From the NCBI RefSeq assembly GCF_056746865.1, contig NZ_CM163382.1: a DNA stretch of 64,000 bases; one strand, written 5' to 3'. Of the stretch, positions 28,882-40,030 are shown in pieces. The notes beneath the pieces are model-generated. The model had not been told where the DNA came from. It did not search any database and was given only the letters and a program-made list of their open reading frames with translations. The translations under genes and the position numbers were made by a program. Numbering within the stretch: position 1 is the first letter of the stretch; every line of letters starts with the position of its first letter.

Positions 28882-29988
28882 TTAGTTTTGTACTGTGACT
28901 TTATTATCCTTCACAGTGATCAAAACTGAATCCGTCACCGCTTTGCCGCCTGCAGTTTCACCGCCAATAATCAATAGACTATTATTCCAGGGCAATGATA
29001 CTCCGTAGGCCCGACCTTGCGATAATTCACCCGATTTATCCCATTTCCCGTTATGCCAAAGATGAATATCAGTGCTATATGATTTTTTCAGGCCTTCATG
29101 CGCATAGTTCTTACCGTTCTGGTAATTTTCTCGTGAACCTTTGAATCCGGCCCCTCCGGCAAATATAAGAGAATCATTGCTTATCCCCGCAAAACCGCCA
29201 GCTACGCCATCTGGTGATGAGACGGGAGCAAGCTTATTCCATTTTAAATTATTACCGGTGAAATCAAGTTCAAATACGGCATCCGTTCGCAATCCTGGTT
29301 TGGCTTCGCCATTAATAAGCCAGGTTTTATCACCTTTATTCACAACCGCCGCACCAGCCGTTCCGTACCAGGGCGATTCGCCAGCGTAACTCCATTGCTG
29401 TGTTGAGGGATCAAAAGACAACAGAAACTTATTGAAGAAATAATCTTCTGCTTTTTTGTCAAAATAGTGAGCATTGATTTTATCTATAGCGGTTGAATCT
29501 TTTCCAGCCTCGTTGAGATCTTCAAAATAGCCATTGAAGATATTCTGGTTAACACCACCAGTAACATAAGCCTTGCCGTTGTGTACAAAAGTCACATGGC
29601 CCGCCATGCCCATCGGCGCGTGCGACATCAATTTAACCCAACTATTGGTTTTGGGGTTGTATTTGTGTACGTCATTAAATACCTGAGTCAAGCCCTCGCT
29701 GTTTTTGCCAATGCCGCCAAACACATACAGATTGCCATCAATAAATGCAGAGGTTGCTTGATCTCTTGGTCCGCCAGGGAATGCAGCTAACGCTGTCCAT
29801 TTTTTATCTTTGGCCTGTGTATCCAGCTTGTACCATGCCGTACCTGCGCTACCTAAACCAATGTAGACAGTGTCGTTATCAATTGCTCCGGTACCACTTT
29901 TAAATGGCACAGGAGTTTCCGGTAATACAGACGCGTTTGCGGCAAATGAAGCCATCATGATAGCAAGCGCCGTTATTGTTTTATTCAT
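28882..29988 (-). CDS. nanM: N-acetylneuraminate mutarotase (Kelch-repeat beta-propeller)
   Basis: 368 aa from ATG at 29988 (MNKTITALAIMMASFAANA.. signal peptide); Kelch-repeat pattern. Confidence 0.85.
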   Translation of the reverse strand: MNKTITALAIMMASFAANASVLPETPVPFKSGTGAIDNDTVYIGLGSAGTAWYKLDTQAKDKKWTALAAFPGGPRDQATSAFIDGNLYVFGGIGKNSEGLTQVFNDVHKYNPKTNSWVKLMSHAPMGMAGHVTFVHNGKAYVTGGVNQNIFNGYFEDLNEAGKDSTAIDKINAHYFDKKAEDYFFNKFLLSFDPSTQQWSYAGESPWYGTAGAAVVNKGDKTWLINGEAKPGLRTDAVFELDFTGNNLKWNKLAPVSSPDGVAGGFAGISNDSLIFAGGAGFKGSRENYQNGKNYAHEGLKKSYSTDIHLWHNGKWDKSGELSQGRAYGVSLPWNNSLLIIGGETAGGKAVTDSVLITVKDNKVTVQN

Positions 29989-30007
29989 TGTGACTGTCTC
30001 CTGTCTA

Positions 30008-30724
30008 CTACAGTTTAAATGACACACCAATGCGATAACTGTTTTCCGATAAATTATCTCTGCCGTTGTAAACACCCTGACGGTCAAGGTAGTCATATTC
30101 TATGTATGGCGTAATATCGGGCGTCATATGGTATTGTAGAACAAATGCATTTTCCGTCGCCCATTTCTTATGGTTTGCATAGCGATAATCGTTCTGTTTG
30201 CTGTATAGCGTCGTTTGCCATGCGAAGGTGAAATCACTATTAATATGGTAAGTGACATATCCATCCCAACGATGAACGTTATCACGAGACATATCACCGG
30301 ATAAGTCTTGTTGTCGGTAAGCTTTCCAGTCGTAACGATAGCGAATGCCAAAATTAAGATCTTTTGTCGCGTCCCAGGACAGTTTTACGTAGGGTCCGTA
30401 GCGTGTGCCGTTGCTGCTAAAATGCGTTAACATTCCCGGGCGCACCGTCCATTGATCATCAAGTTTAATCGCGTAATTAACTTCAACCTGAACATCATTG
30501 AGTGCGGCATTTTCCTTTTTATTATCATGAATGGTATTCCAGGTATTACTTTCCATGCTTGCCCACCATCCATTTTGCCATCCCTCACTGACTTTGAGTC
30601 GAGTCTCATAGGCGTGGCTTCCACTACGATATCCACCACGTACGTCCAGTGTCGCAGCCTGAGAAATTAATGGGGACGAAAAGCACAGTAATAATACGCC
30701 AGAAAGTATTTTAGCCTTTTTCAT
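30008..30724 (-). CDS. nanC: N-acetylneuraminic acid outer-membrane channel (KdgM-family porin)
   Basis: 238 aa from ATG at 30724; signal peptide and beta-barrel pattern ending in ..RIGVSFKL. Confidence 0.85.
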   Translation of the reverse strand: MKKAKILSGVLLLCFSSPLISQAATLDVRGGYRSGSHAYETRLKVSEGWQNGWWASMESNTWNTIHDNKKENAALNDVQVEVNYAIKLDDQWTVRPGMLTHFSSNGTRYGPYVKLSWDATKDLNFGIRYRYDWKAYRQQDLSGDMSRDNVHRWDGYVTYHINSDFTFAWQTTLYSKQNDYRYANHKKWATENAFVLQYHMTPDITPYIEYDYLDRQGVYNGRDNLSENSYRIGVSFKL

Positions 30725-31147
30725 AAATTTCACTCATTTGTAGGATACAGAAAGCAATACAAAGCCCGCATAAACAATTAGCATTTATGTTGTGTAATAT
30801 TTTTTTGCCAGGCTTATAGTGTCTTTGGCAACCGGTAGCTGTATTTTATATTTTTTTGTATAAGGTCTCCTGTGAAAAATCTCTTTTCACATTATTTAAA
30901 TAAACAGAGATCCAGATTAAATACCTGAGTATAAAATCTCTTCTGATGTTTAATTGATTTGAATGTTCGTAAGCTATATCACTTACTCAATCCATTTTAC
31001 CCAGAGTCATAAAATAGAATGTCTGTTGATCTCATTTTCATATTCCTTTCAGACTGAAGTGCGTTTTCATCACCCGATGAGAAAGAACTGAAGTGATGTT
31101 TGCCATAGATTGCGAGATGCCCTGTCTCATTGACTATCTTGGTGCAC

Positions 31148-31167
31148 CTTTATACCTGTTATACCAG
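31148..31167 (-). promoter_or_regulatory. NanR-type operator (GGTATA repeats: rc = CTGGTATAACAGGTATAAAG) in the nanC-fimB intergenic region
   Basis: Two to three GGTATA hexamer repeats read on the minus strand, about 420 bp upstream of the nanC start codon. Confidence 0.6.
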
Positions 31168-32179
31168 ATCAAAAATCACGCAATCCATACAACAAAACCA
31201 GATTTGCAATTCGTGTCACAAAATATGTCGATCTTTTTCTAAGAGGAAGATGCCATGTGAAGCCAGACGAACACTTGCGGTGGTCTTCAAAAACTAAAGA
31301 TCTTAGTTTAACTATTTGTTTTATAAATAATTTATTTAGAGTCTAAACAAGGGGAGCTTTGCAAGCTAACTCAGTGAGCTTGGTGAAAATCAGTGTTTAC
31401 CCGCCATCAGGCTGAGCATAATTCTCATCATGAAATATGTTTCCTGGTTTGTGGCTTGTAACTGGTCACTTCTGAAGTCGATCTGGAGAGGCTTGTTGAT
31501 GTTGGTGTTTTCAGGATGATGTTTCACTTAGTTTGTTTGCCGTATCGCCCGGCGAATGGCTGTGATTGAGGAAGGTTTAAGTCGTAGTGACCAAAGCTAT
31601 ATTTACCAACGAATGTAGATGAAAAAATCATCTCCTGCGTTCCCCCATATCTCCAGGATAAAAAGGAATGTAACAATCTCATGGCGTAAGCTGACGAATC
31701 AGCAGGAATAATCGCTAGGGACCTAAGAATTAGCATGATAATAGCCACTAAGAAATTACTGCGCTCCATGAAATAGCCATTTTGTGGCAAATGGAGTTGA
31801 CTAATAATGTCATATGTGAGACGGCTAGTTGAACGAATATTAAATTTTGCTGAATTTTTTATGTTGATTTTACTTGTTACAGAACATATCACATGATATA
31901 TAGATAAGATTAGTTGCATTAATGATGAGGGTTATTATTAGATTCGTATCCGATTGATAAATATATAAAGGTACATAGCATGCAAGAGCATGGCGTTTGT
32001 ATGGCAACGTTATTATAATTAACAGTTGCTACTCCATTTAAGTTCACTCAGAAGAACTGGTCCACTTACGTTAGTTATTAAGCAAACGTTCGCTTTTATA
32101 AACATAATCAGGATAAAAATGTTGGATTATTGCTAACCCAGCACAGCTAGTGCGCGTCTGTAATTATAAGGGAAAAACG

Positions 32180-32782
32180 ATGAAGAATAAGGCTGATAAC
32201 AAAAAAAGGAACTTCCTGACCCATAGTGAAATCGAATCACTCCTTAAAGCAGCAAATACCGGGCCTCATGCAGCACGTAATTATTGTCTGACTTTGCTTT
32301 GTTTTATTCATGGTTTCCGGGCGAGTGAAATTTGTCGATTGAGGATTTCGGATATTGATCTTAAGGCAAAGTGTATATATATCCATCGATTAAAAAAAGG
32401 CTTTTCAACAACGCACCCGCTATTGAATAAAGAAGTTCAGGCTTTAAAAAACTGGTTGAGTATCCGTACTTCGTACCCGCATGCTGAGAGCGAGTGGGTA
32501 TTTTTATCACGTAAGGGGAATCCGCTTTCTCGGCAACAGTTTTACCATATTATCTCGACTTCCGGTGGTAATGCCGGGTTGTCACTGGAGATTCATCCGC
32601 ACATGTTACGCCATTCGTGTGGTTTTGCTTTGGCGAATATGGGAATAGATACGCGACTTATCCAGGATTATCTTGGGCATCGCAATATTCGTCATACTGT
32701 CTGGTATACCGCCAGCAATGCAGGGCGTTTTTACGGCATCTGGGATAGAGCCAGAGGACGACAGCGTCACGCTGTTTTATAG
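32180..32782 (+). CDS. fimB: tyrosine recombinase FimB (fim switch recombinase, ON<->OFF)
   Basis: 200 aa from ATG at 32180 (MKNKADNKKRNFLTHSE..); integrase-family catalytic region HMLRHSCGF..HRNIRHTVWY. Confidence 0.95.
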   Translation: MKNKADNKKRNFLTHSEIESLLKAANTGPHAARNYCLTLLCFIHGFRASEICRLRISDIDLKAKCIYIHRLKKGFSTTHPLLNKEVQALKNWLSIRTSYPHAESEWVFLSRKGNPLSRQQFYHIISTSGGNAGLSLEIHPHMLRHSCGFALANMGIDTRLIQDYLGHRNIRHTVWYTASNAGRFYGIWDRARGRQRHAVL

Positions 32783-33259
32783 AGATAGTTGAGATACCAG
32801 GGATGGTGTTAAAAACTACATTATTCTTACGATATATCAAAAATGATTAACCATTTATTAATTGATGTTATTGTAAGTGTGATTCTTAATTATCATAATA
32901 AACATTAAGTTAACCATATCCATACAAAATACAATGGTTTATGTTCTTCAAAATAAATAAACAAAATCATTCATAAATTTACACATCACTTAAAATCTCC
33001 TGTTTCCGCACTTTTTTCTTTATTTTTTAAGCAACTGGAAGTTAATCCACTGCAATCTATTGTTATATTGAATCAAATCAATGAAAATAGATGTTGTCAC
33101 ATCAGTGATATTTTATTTTTGTATGATATTTAATGTAATTGACTGATAGCCACATCACTCCGTGTGTGGTTATCTTTTTATCTATTGGGCTAATTTTGAC
33201 CGATTGAGGTTTCCTATAGGTATTCATTCAAATATATCTCAGTTAGGAGTACTACTATT

Positions 33260-33856
33260 GTGAGTAAACGTCGTTATCTTACCGGTAAAGAAGTTCAGGC
33301 CATGATGCAGGCGGTTTGTTACGGGGCAACGGGAGCCAGAGATTATTGTCTTATTCTGTTGGCATATCGGCATGGGATGCGTATTAGTGAACTGCTTGAT
33401 CTGCATTATCAGGACCTTGACCTTAATGAAGGTAGAATAAATATTCGCCGACTGAAGAACGGATTTTCTACCGTTCACCCGTTACGTTTTGATGAGCGTG
33501 AAGCCGTGGAACGCTGGACCCAGGAACGTGCTAACTGGAAAGGCGCTGACCGGACTGACGCTATATTTATTTCTCGCCGCGGGAGTCGGCTTTCTCGCCA
33601 GCAGGCCTATCGCATTATTCGCGATGCCGGTATTGAAGCTGGAACCGTAACGCAGACTCATCCTCATATGTTAAGGCATGCTTGCGGTTATGAATTGGCG
33701 GAGCGTGGTGCAGATACTCGTTTAATTCAGGATTATCTCGGGCATCGAAATATTCGCCATACTGTGCGTTATACCGCCAGTAATGCTGCTCGTTTTGCCG
33801 GATTATGGGAAAGAAATAATCTCATAAACGAAAAATTAAAAAGAGAAGAGGTTTGA
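33260..33856 (+). CDS. fimE: tyrosine recombinase FimE (fim switch recombinase, ON->OFF)
   Basis: 198 aa from a GTG start (MSKRRYLTGKEV..); paralog of FimB with HMLRHACGY..HRNIRHTVRY. Confidence 0.95.
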   Translation: MSKRRYLTGKEVQAMMQAVCYGATGARDYCLILLAYRHGMRISELLDLHYQDLDLNEGRINIRRLKNGFSTVHPLRFDEREAVERWTQERANWKGADRTDAIFISRRGSRLSRQQAYRIIRDAGIEAGTVTQTHPHMLRHACGYELAERGADTRLIQDYLGHRNIRHTVRYTASNAARFAGLWERNNLINEKLKREEV

Positions 33857-33904
33857 TTTAACTTATTGATAATAAAGTTAAAAAAACAAATAAATACAAG
33901 ACAA

Positions 33905-34218
33905 TTGGGGCCAAACTGTCCATATCATAAATAAGTTACGTATTTTTTCTCAAGCATAAAAATATTAAAAAACGACAAAAAGCATCTAACTGTTTGATAT
34001 GTAAATTATTTCTATTGTAAATTAATTTCACATCACCTCCGCTATATGTAAAGCTAACGTTTCTGTGGCTCGACGCATCTTCCTCATTCTTCTCTCCAAA
34101 AACCACCTCATGCAATATAAACATCTATAAATAAAGATAACAATAGAATATTAAGCCAACAAATAAACTGAAAAAGTTTGTCCGCGATGCTTTCCTCTAT
34201 GAGTCAAAATGGCCCCAA
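33905..34218. promoter_or_regulatory. fimS invertible element (314 bp) bounded by 9-bp inverted repeats TTGGGGCCA (33905-33913) / TGGCCCCAA (34210-34218); fimA promoter inside, here apparently in the OFF orientation
   Basis: Inverted repeats read directly; a sigma70-like promoter (TTGAGA, about 18 bp, TATGATA) lies on the minus strand next to the fimE-proximal repeat (plus-strand TATCATA at 33923-33929), pointing away from fimA. Confidence 0.75.
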
Positions 34219-34337
34219 ATGTTTCATCTTTTGGGGGAAAACTGTGCAGTGTTGGCAGTCAAACTCGTTTACAAAACAAAGTGTACAGAACGACTGCCCA
34301 TGTCGATTTAGAAATAGTTTTTTGAAAGGAAAGCAGC

Positions 34338-34886
34338 ATGAAAATTAAAACTCTGGCAATCGTTGTTCTGTCGGCTCTGTCCCTCAGTTCTACAGCGGCT
34401 CTGGCCGCTGCCACGACGGTTAATGGTGGGACCGTTCACTTTAAAGGGGAAGTTGTTAACGCCGCTTGCGCAGTTGATGCAGGCTCTGTTGATCAAACCG
34501 TTCAGTTAGGACAGGTTCGTACCGCATCGCTGGCACAGGAAGGAGCAACCAGTTCTGCTGTCGGTTTTAACATTCAGCTGAATGATTGCGATACCAATGT
34601 TGCATCTAAAGCCGCTGTTGCCTTTTTAGGTACGGCGATTGATGCGGGTCATACCAACGTTCTGGCTCTGCAGAGTTCAGCTGCGGGTAGCGCAACAAAC
34701 GTTGGTGTGCAGATCCTGGACAGAACGGGTGCTGCGCTGACGCTGGATGGTGCGACATTTAGTTCAGAAACAACCCTGAATAACGGAACCAATACCATTC
34801 CGTTCCAGGCGCGTTATTTTGCAACCGGGGCCGCAACCCCGGGTGCTGCTAATGCGGATGCGACCTTCAAGGTTCAGTATCAATAA
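34338..34886 (+). CDS. fimA: type 1 fimbrial major subunit FimA
   Basis: 182 aa with signal peptide and pilin-domain C-terminus ..ATFKVQYQ. Confidence 0.95.
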
Positions 34887-34950
34887 CCTACCCAGGTTCA
34901 GGGACGTCATTACGGGCAGGGATGCCCACCCTTGTGCGATAAAAATAACG

Positions 34951-35490
34951 ATGAAAAGGAAGAGATTATTTCTATTAGCGTCGTTGCTGCCAATGTTTGC
35001 TCTGGCCGGAAATAAATGGAATACCACGTTGCCCGGCGGAAATATGCAATTTCAGGGCGTCATTATTGCGGAAACTTGCCGGATTGAAGCCGGTGATAAA
35101 CAAATGACGGTCAATATGGGGCAAATCAGCAGTAACCGGTTTCATGCGGTTGGGGAAGATAGCGCACCGGTGCCTTTTGTTATTCATTTACGGGAATGTA
35201 GCACGGTGGTGAGTGAACGTGTAGGTGTGGCGTTTCACGGTGTCGCGGATGGTAAAAATCCGGATGTGCTTTCCGTGGGAGAGGGGCCAGGGATAGCCAC
35301 CAATATTGGCGTAGCGTTGTTTGATGATGAAGGAAACCTCGTACCGATTAATCGTCCTCCAGCAAACTGGAAACGGCTTTATTCAGGCTCTACTTCGCTA
35401 CATTTCATCGCCAAATATCGTGCTACCGGGCGTCGGGTTACTGGCGGCATCGCCAATGCCCAGGCCTGGTTCTCTTTAACCTATCAGTAA
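34951..35490 (+). CDS. fimI: fimbrial protein FimI
   Basis: 179 aa from ATG at 34951 ([19 protein letters not shown]..); pilin-like, ..WFSLTYQ C-terminus; track ORF is N-terminally over-extended. Confidence 0.9.
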
Positions 35491-35526
35491 TTGTTCAGCA
35501 GATAATGTGATAACAGGAACAGGACA

Positions 35527-36252
35527 GTGAGTAATAAAAACGTCAATGTAAGGAAATCGCAGGAAATAACATTCTGCTTGCTGGCAGGTATCCTGATGTT
35601 CATGGCAATGATGGTTGCCGGACGCGCTGAAGCGGGAGTGGCCTTAGGTGCGACTCGCGTAATTTATCCGGCAGGGCAAAAACAAGTGCAACTTGCCGTG
35701 ACAAATAATGATGAAAATAGTACCTATTTAATTCAATCATGGGTGGAAAATGCCGATGGTGTAAAGGATGGTCGTTTTATCGTGACGCCTCCTCTGTTTG
35801 CGATGAAGGGAAAAAAAGAGAATACCTTACGTATTCTTGATGCAACAAATAACCAATTGCCACAGGACCGGGAAAGTTTATTCTGGATGAACGTTAAAGC
35901 GATTCCGTCAATGGATAAATCAAAATTGACTGAGAATACGCTACAGCTCGCAATTATCAGCCGCATTAAACTGTACTATCGCCCGGCTAAATTAGCGTTG
36001 CCACCCGATCAGGCCGCAGAAAAATTAAGATTTCGTCGTAGCGCGAATTCTCTGACGCTGATTAACCCGACACCCTATTACCTGACGGTAACAGAGTTGA
36101 ATGCCGGAACCCGGGTTCTTGAAAATGCATTGGTGCCTCCAATGGGCGAAAGCACGGTTAAATTGCCTTCTGATGCAGGAAGCAATATTACTTACCGAAC
36201 AATAAATGATTATGGCGCACTTACCCCCAAAATGACGGGCGTAATGGAATAA
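35527..36252 (+). CDS. fimC: periplasmic fimbrial chaperone FimC
   Basis: 241 aa from a GTG start; PapD-like chaperone fold. Confidence 0.95.
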   Translation: MSNKNVNVRKSQEITFCLLAGILMFMAMMVAGRAEAGVALGATRVIYPAGQKQVQLAVTNNDENSTYLIQSWVENADGVKDGRFIVTPPLFAMKGKKENTLRILDATNNQLPQDRESLFWMNVKAIPSMDKSKLTENTLQLAIISRIKLYYRPAKLALPPDQAAEKLRFRRSANSLTLINPTPYYLTVTELNAGTRVLENALVPPMGESTVKLPSDAGSNITYRTINDYGALTPKMTGVME

Positions 36253-36318
36253 CGCAGGGGGAATTTTTCGCCTGAATAAAAAGAATTGACTGCCGGGTGA
36301 TTTTAAGCCGGAGGAATA

Positions 36319-38955
36319 ATGTCATATCTGAATTTAAGACTTTACCAGCGAAACACACAATGCTTGCATATTCGTAAGCATCGTTTGGCTGGTTTTTTTG
36401 TCCGACTCGTTGTCGCCTGTGCTTTTGCCGCACAGGCACCTTTGTCATCTGCCGACCTCTATTTTAATCCGCGCTTTTTAGCGGATGATCCCCAGGCTGT
36501 GGCCGATTTATCGCGTTTTGAAAATGGGCAAGAATTACCGCCAGGGACGTATCGCGTCGATATCTATTTGAATAATGGTTATATGGCAACGCGTGATGTC
36601 ACATTTAATACGGGCGACAGTGAACAAGGGATTGTTCCCTGCCTGACACGCGCGCAACTCGCCAGTATGGGGCTGAATACGGCTTCTGTCGCCGGTATGA
36701 ATCTGCTGGCGGATGATGCCTGTGTGCCATTAACCACAATGGTCCAGGACGCTACTGCGCATCTGGATGTTGGTCAGCAGCGACTGAACCTGACGATCCC
36801 TCAGGCATTTATGAGTAATCGCGCGCGTGGTTATATTCCTCCTGAGTTATGGGATCCCGGTATTAATGCCGGATTGCTCAATTATAATTTCAGCGGAAAT
36901 AGTGTACAGAATCGGATTGGGGGTAACAGCCATTATGCATATTTAAACCTACAGAGTGGGTTAAATATTGGTGCGTGGCGTTTACGCGACAATACCACCT
37001 GGAGTTATAACAGTAGCGACAGATCATCAGGTAGCAAAAATAAATGGCAGCATATCAATACCTGGCTTGAGCGAGACATAATACCGTTACGTTCCCGGCT
37101 GACGCTGGGTGATGGTTATACTCAGGGCGATATTTTCGATGGTATTAACTTTCGCGGCGCACAATTGGCCTCAGATGACAATATGTTACCCGATAGTCAA
37201 AGAGGATTTGCCCCGGTGATCCACGGTATTGCTCGTGGTACTGCACAGGTCACTATTAAACAAAATGGGTATGACATTTATAATAGTACGGTGCCACCGG
37301 GGCCTTTTACCATCAACGATATCTATGCCGCAGGTAATAGTGGTGACTTGCAGGTAACGATCAAAGAGGCTGACGGCAGCACGCAGATTTTTACCGTACC
37401 CTATTCGTCAGTCCCGCTTTTGCAACGTGAAGGGCATACTCGTTATTCCATTACGGCAGGAGAATACCGTAGTGGAAATGCGCAGCAGGAAAAACCCCGC
37501 TTTTTCCAGAGTACATTACTCCACGGCCTTCCGGCTGGCTGGACAATATATGGTGGAACGCAACTGGCGGATCGTTATCGTGCTTTTAATTTCGGTATCG
37601 GGAAAAACATGGGGGCACTGGGCGCTCTGTCTGTGGATATGACGCAGGCTAATTCCACACTTCCCGATGACAGTCAGCATGACGGACAATCGGTGCGTTT
37701 TCTCTATAACAAATCGCTCAATGAATCAGGCACGAATATTCAGTTAGTGGGTTACCGTTATTCGACCAGCGGATATTTTAATTTCGCTGATACAACATAC
37801 AGTCGAATGAATGGCTACAACATCGAAACACAGGACGGAGTTATTCAGGTTAAGCCGAAATTCACCGACTATTACAACCTCGCTTATAACAAACGCGGGA
37901 AATTACAACTCACCGTTACTCAGCAACTCGGGCGCACATCAACACTGTATTTGAGTGGTAGCCATCAAACTTATTGGGGAACGAGTAATGTCGATGAGCA
38001 ATTCCAGGCTGGATTAAATACTGCGTTCGAAGATATCAACTGGACGCTCAGCTATAGCCTGACGAAAAACGCCTGGCAAAAAGGACGGGATCAGATGTTA
38101 GCGCTTAACGTCAATATTCCTTTCAGCCACTGGCTGCGTTCTGACAGTAAATCTCAGTGGCGACATGCCAGTGCCAGCTACAGCATGTCACACGATCTCA
38201 ACGGTCGGATGACCAATCTGGCTGGTGTATACGGTACGTTGCTGGAAGACAACAACCTCAGCTATAGCGTGCAAACCGGCTATGCCGGGGGAGGCGATGG
38301 AAATAGCGGAAGTACAGGCTACGCCACGCTGAATTATCGCGGTGGTTACGGCAATGCCAATATCGGTTACAGCCATAGCGATGATATTAAGCAGCTCTAT
38401 TACGGAGTCAGCGGTGGGGTACTGGCTCATGCCAATGGCGTAACGCTGGGGCAGCCGTTAAACGATACGGTGGTGCTTGTTAAAGCGCCTGGCGCAAAAG
38501 ATGCAAAAGTCGAAAACCAGACGGGGGTGCGTACCGACTGGCGTGGTTATGCCGTGCTGCCTTATGCCACTGAATATCGGGAAAATAGAGTGGCGCTGGA
38601 TACCAATACCCTGGCTGATAACGTCGATTTAGATAACGCGGTTGCTAACGTTGTTCCCACTCGTGGGGCGATCGTGCGAGCAGAGTTTAAAGCGCGCGTT
38701 GGGATAAAACTGCTCATGACGCTGACCCACAATAATAAGCCGCTGCCGTTTGGGGCGATGGTGACATCAGAGAGTAGCCAGAGTAGCGGCATTGTTGCGG
38801 ATAATGGTCAGGTTTACCTCAGCGGAATGCCTTTAGCGGGAAAAGTTCAGGTGAAATGGGGAGAAGAGGAAAATGCTCACTGTGTCGCCAATTATCAACT
38901 GCCACCAGAGAGTCAGCAGCAGTTATTAACCCAGCTATCAGCTGAATGTCGTTAA
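36319..38955 (+). CDS. fimD: outer-membrane fimbrial usher FimD
   Basis: 878 aa; usher family. Confidence 0.95.
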   Translation: MSYLNLRLYQRNTQCLHIRKHRLAGFFVRLVVACAFAAQAPLSSADLYFNPRFLADDPQAVADLSRFENGQELPPGTYRVDIYLNNGYMATRDVTFNTGDSEQGIVPCLTRAQLASMGLNTASVAGMNLLADDACVPLTTMVQDATAHLDVGQQRLNLTIPQAFMSNRARGYIPPELWDPGINAGLLNYNFSGNSVQNRIGGNSHYAYLNLQSGLNIGAWRLRDNTTWSYNSSDRSSGSKNKWQHINTWLERDIIPLRSRLTLGDGYTQGDIFDGINFRGAQLASDDNMLPDSQRGFAPVIHGIARGTAQVTIKQNGYDIYNSTVPPGPFTINDIYAAGNSGDLQVTIKEADGSTQIFTVPYSSVPLLQREGHTRYSITAGEYRSGNAQQEKPRFFQSTLLHGLPAGWTIYGGTQLADRYRAFNFGIGKNMGALGALSVDMTQANSTLPDDSQHDGQSVRFLYNKSLNESGTNIQLVGYRYSTSGYFNFADTTYSRMNGYNIETQDGVIQVKPKFTDYYNLAYNKRGKLQLTVTQQLGRTSTLYLSGSHQTYWGTSNVDEQFQAGLNTAFEDINWTLSYSLTKNAWQKGRDQMLALNVNIPFSHWLRSDSKSQWRHASASYSMSHDLNGRMTNLAGVYGTLLEDNNLSYSVQTGYAGGGDGNSGSTGYATLNYRGGYGNANIGYSHSDDIKQLYYGVSGGVLAHANGVTLGQPLNDTVVLVKAPGAKDAKVENQTGVRTDWRGYAVLPYATEYRENRVALDTNTLADNVDLDNAVANVVPTRGAIVRAEFKARVGIKLLMTLTHNNKPLPFGAMVTSESSQSSGIVADNGQVYLSGMPLAGKVQVKWGEEENAHCVANYQLPPESQQQLLTQLSAECR

Positions 38956-38964
38956 GGGGGCGTG

Positions 38965-39495
38965 ATGAGAAACAAACCTTTTTATCTTCTGTGCGCTTTT
39001 TTGTGGCTGGCGGTGAGTCACGCTTTGGCTGCGGATAGCACGATTACTATCCGCGGCTATGTCAGGGATAACGGCTGTAGTGTGGCCGCTGAATCAACCA
39101 ATTTTACTGTTGATCTGATGGAAAACGCGGCGAAGCAATTTAACAACATTGGCGCGACGACTCCTGTTGTTCCATTTCGTATTTTGCTGTCACCCTGTGG
39201 TAATGCCGTTTCTGCCGTAAAGGTTGGGTTTACTGGCGTTGCAGATAGCCACAATGCCAACCTGCTTGCACTTGAAAATACGGTGTCAGCGGCTTCGGGA
39301 CTGGGAATACAGCTTCTGAATGAGCAGCAAAATCAAATACCCCTTAATGCTCCATCGTCCGCGCTTTCGTGGACGACCCTGACGCCGGGTAAACCAAATA
39401 CGCTGAATTTATACGCCCGGCTAATGGCGACACAGGTGCCTGTCACTGCGGGGCATATCAATGCCACGGCTACCTTCACTCTTGAATATCAGTAA
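38965..39495 (+). CDS. fimF: fimbrial minor subunit FimF
   Basis: 176 aa from ATG at 38965 ([12 protein letters not shown]..). Confidence 0.9.
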   Translation: MRNKPFYLLCAFLWLAVSHALAADSTITIRGYVRDNGCSVAAESTNFTVDLMENAAKQFNNIGATTPVVPFRILLSPCGNAVSAVKVGFTGVADSHNANLLALENTVSAASGLGIQLLNEQQNQIPLNAPSSALSWTTLTPGKPNTLNLYARLMATQVPVTAGHINATATFTLEYQ

Positions 39496-39507
39496 CTGGA
39501 GATGCTC

Positions 39508-40011
39508 ATGAAATGGTGCAAACGTGGGTATGTATTGGCGGCAATATTGGCGCTCGCAAGTGCGACGATACAGGCAGCCGATGTCACCATCACGGTGAAC
39601 GGTAAGGTCATCGCCAAACCGTGTACGGTTTCCACCACCAATGCCACGGTTGATCTCGGCGATCTTTATTCTTTCAGTCTTATGTCTGCCGGGGCGGCAT
39701 CGGCCTGGCATGATGTTGCGCTTGAGTTGACTAATTGTCCGGTGGGAACGTCGAGGGTCACTGCCAGCTTCAGCGGGGCAGCCGACAGTACCGGATATTA
39801 TAAAAACCAGGGGACCGCGCAAAACATCCAGTTAGAGCTACAGGATGACAGTGGCAACACATTGAATACTGGCGCAACCAAAACAGTTCAGGTGGATGAT
39901 TCCTCACAATCAGCGCACTTCCCGTTACAGGTCAGAGCATTGACAGTAAATGGCGGAGCCACTCAGGGAACCATTCAGGCAGTGATTAGCATCACCTATA
40001 CCTACAGCTGA
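39508..40011 (+). CDS. fimG: fimbrial minor subunit FimG
   Basis: 167 aa from ATG at 39508 (MKWCKRGYVLAAILALASA..). Confidence 0.9.
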   Translation: MKWCKRGYVLAAILALASATIQAADVTITVNGKVIAKPCTVSTTNATVDLGDLYSFSLMSAGAASAWHDVALELTNCPVGTSRVTASFSGAADSTGYYKNQGTAQNIQLELQDDSGNTLNTGATKTVQVDDSSQSAHFPLQVRALTVNGGATQGTIQAVISITYTYS

Positions 40012-40030
40012 ACCCGAAGAGATGATTGTA

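Noticed and set aside
31524-31919. 131-aa minus-strand ORF in the nanC-fimB intergenic region
   Set aside because: AT-rich, no RBS, hydrophobic low-complexity translation, within a region known to be regulatory; kept only as a note under the nanC-fimB finding.
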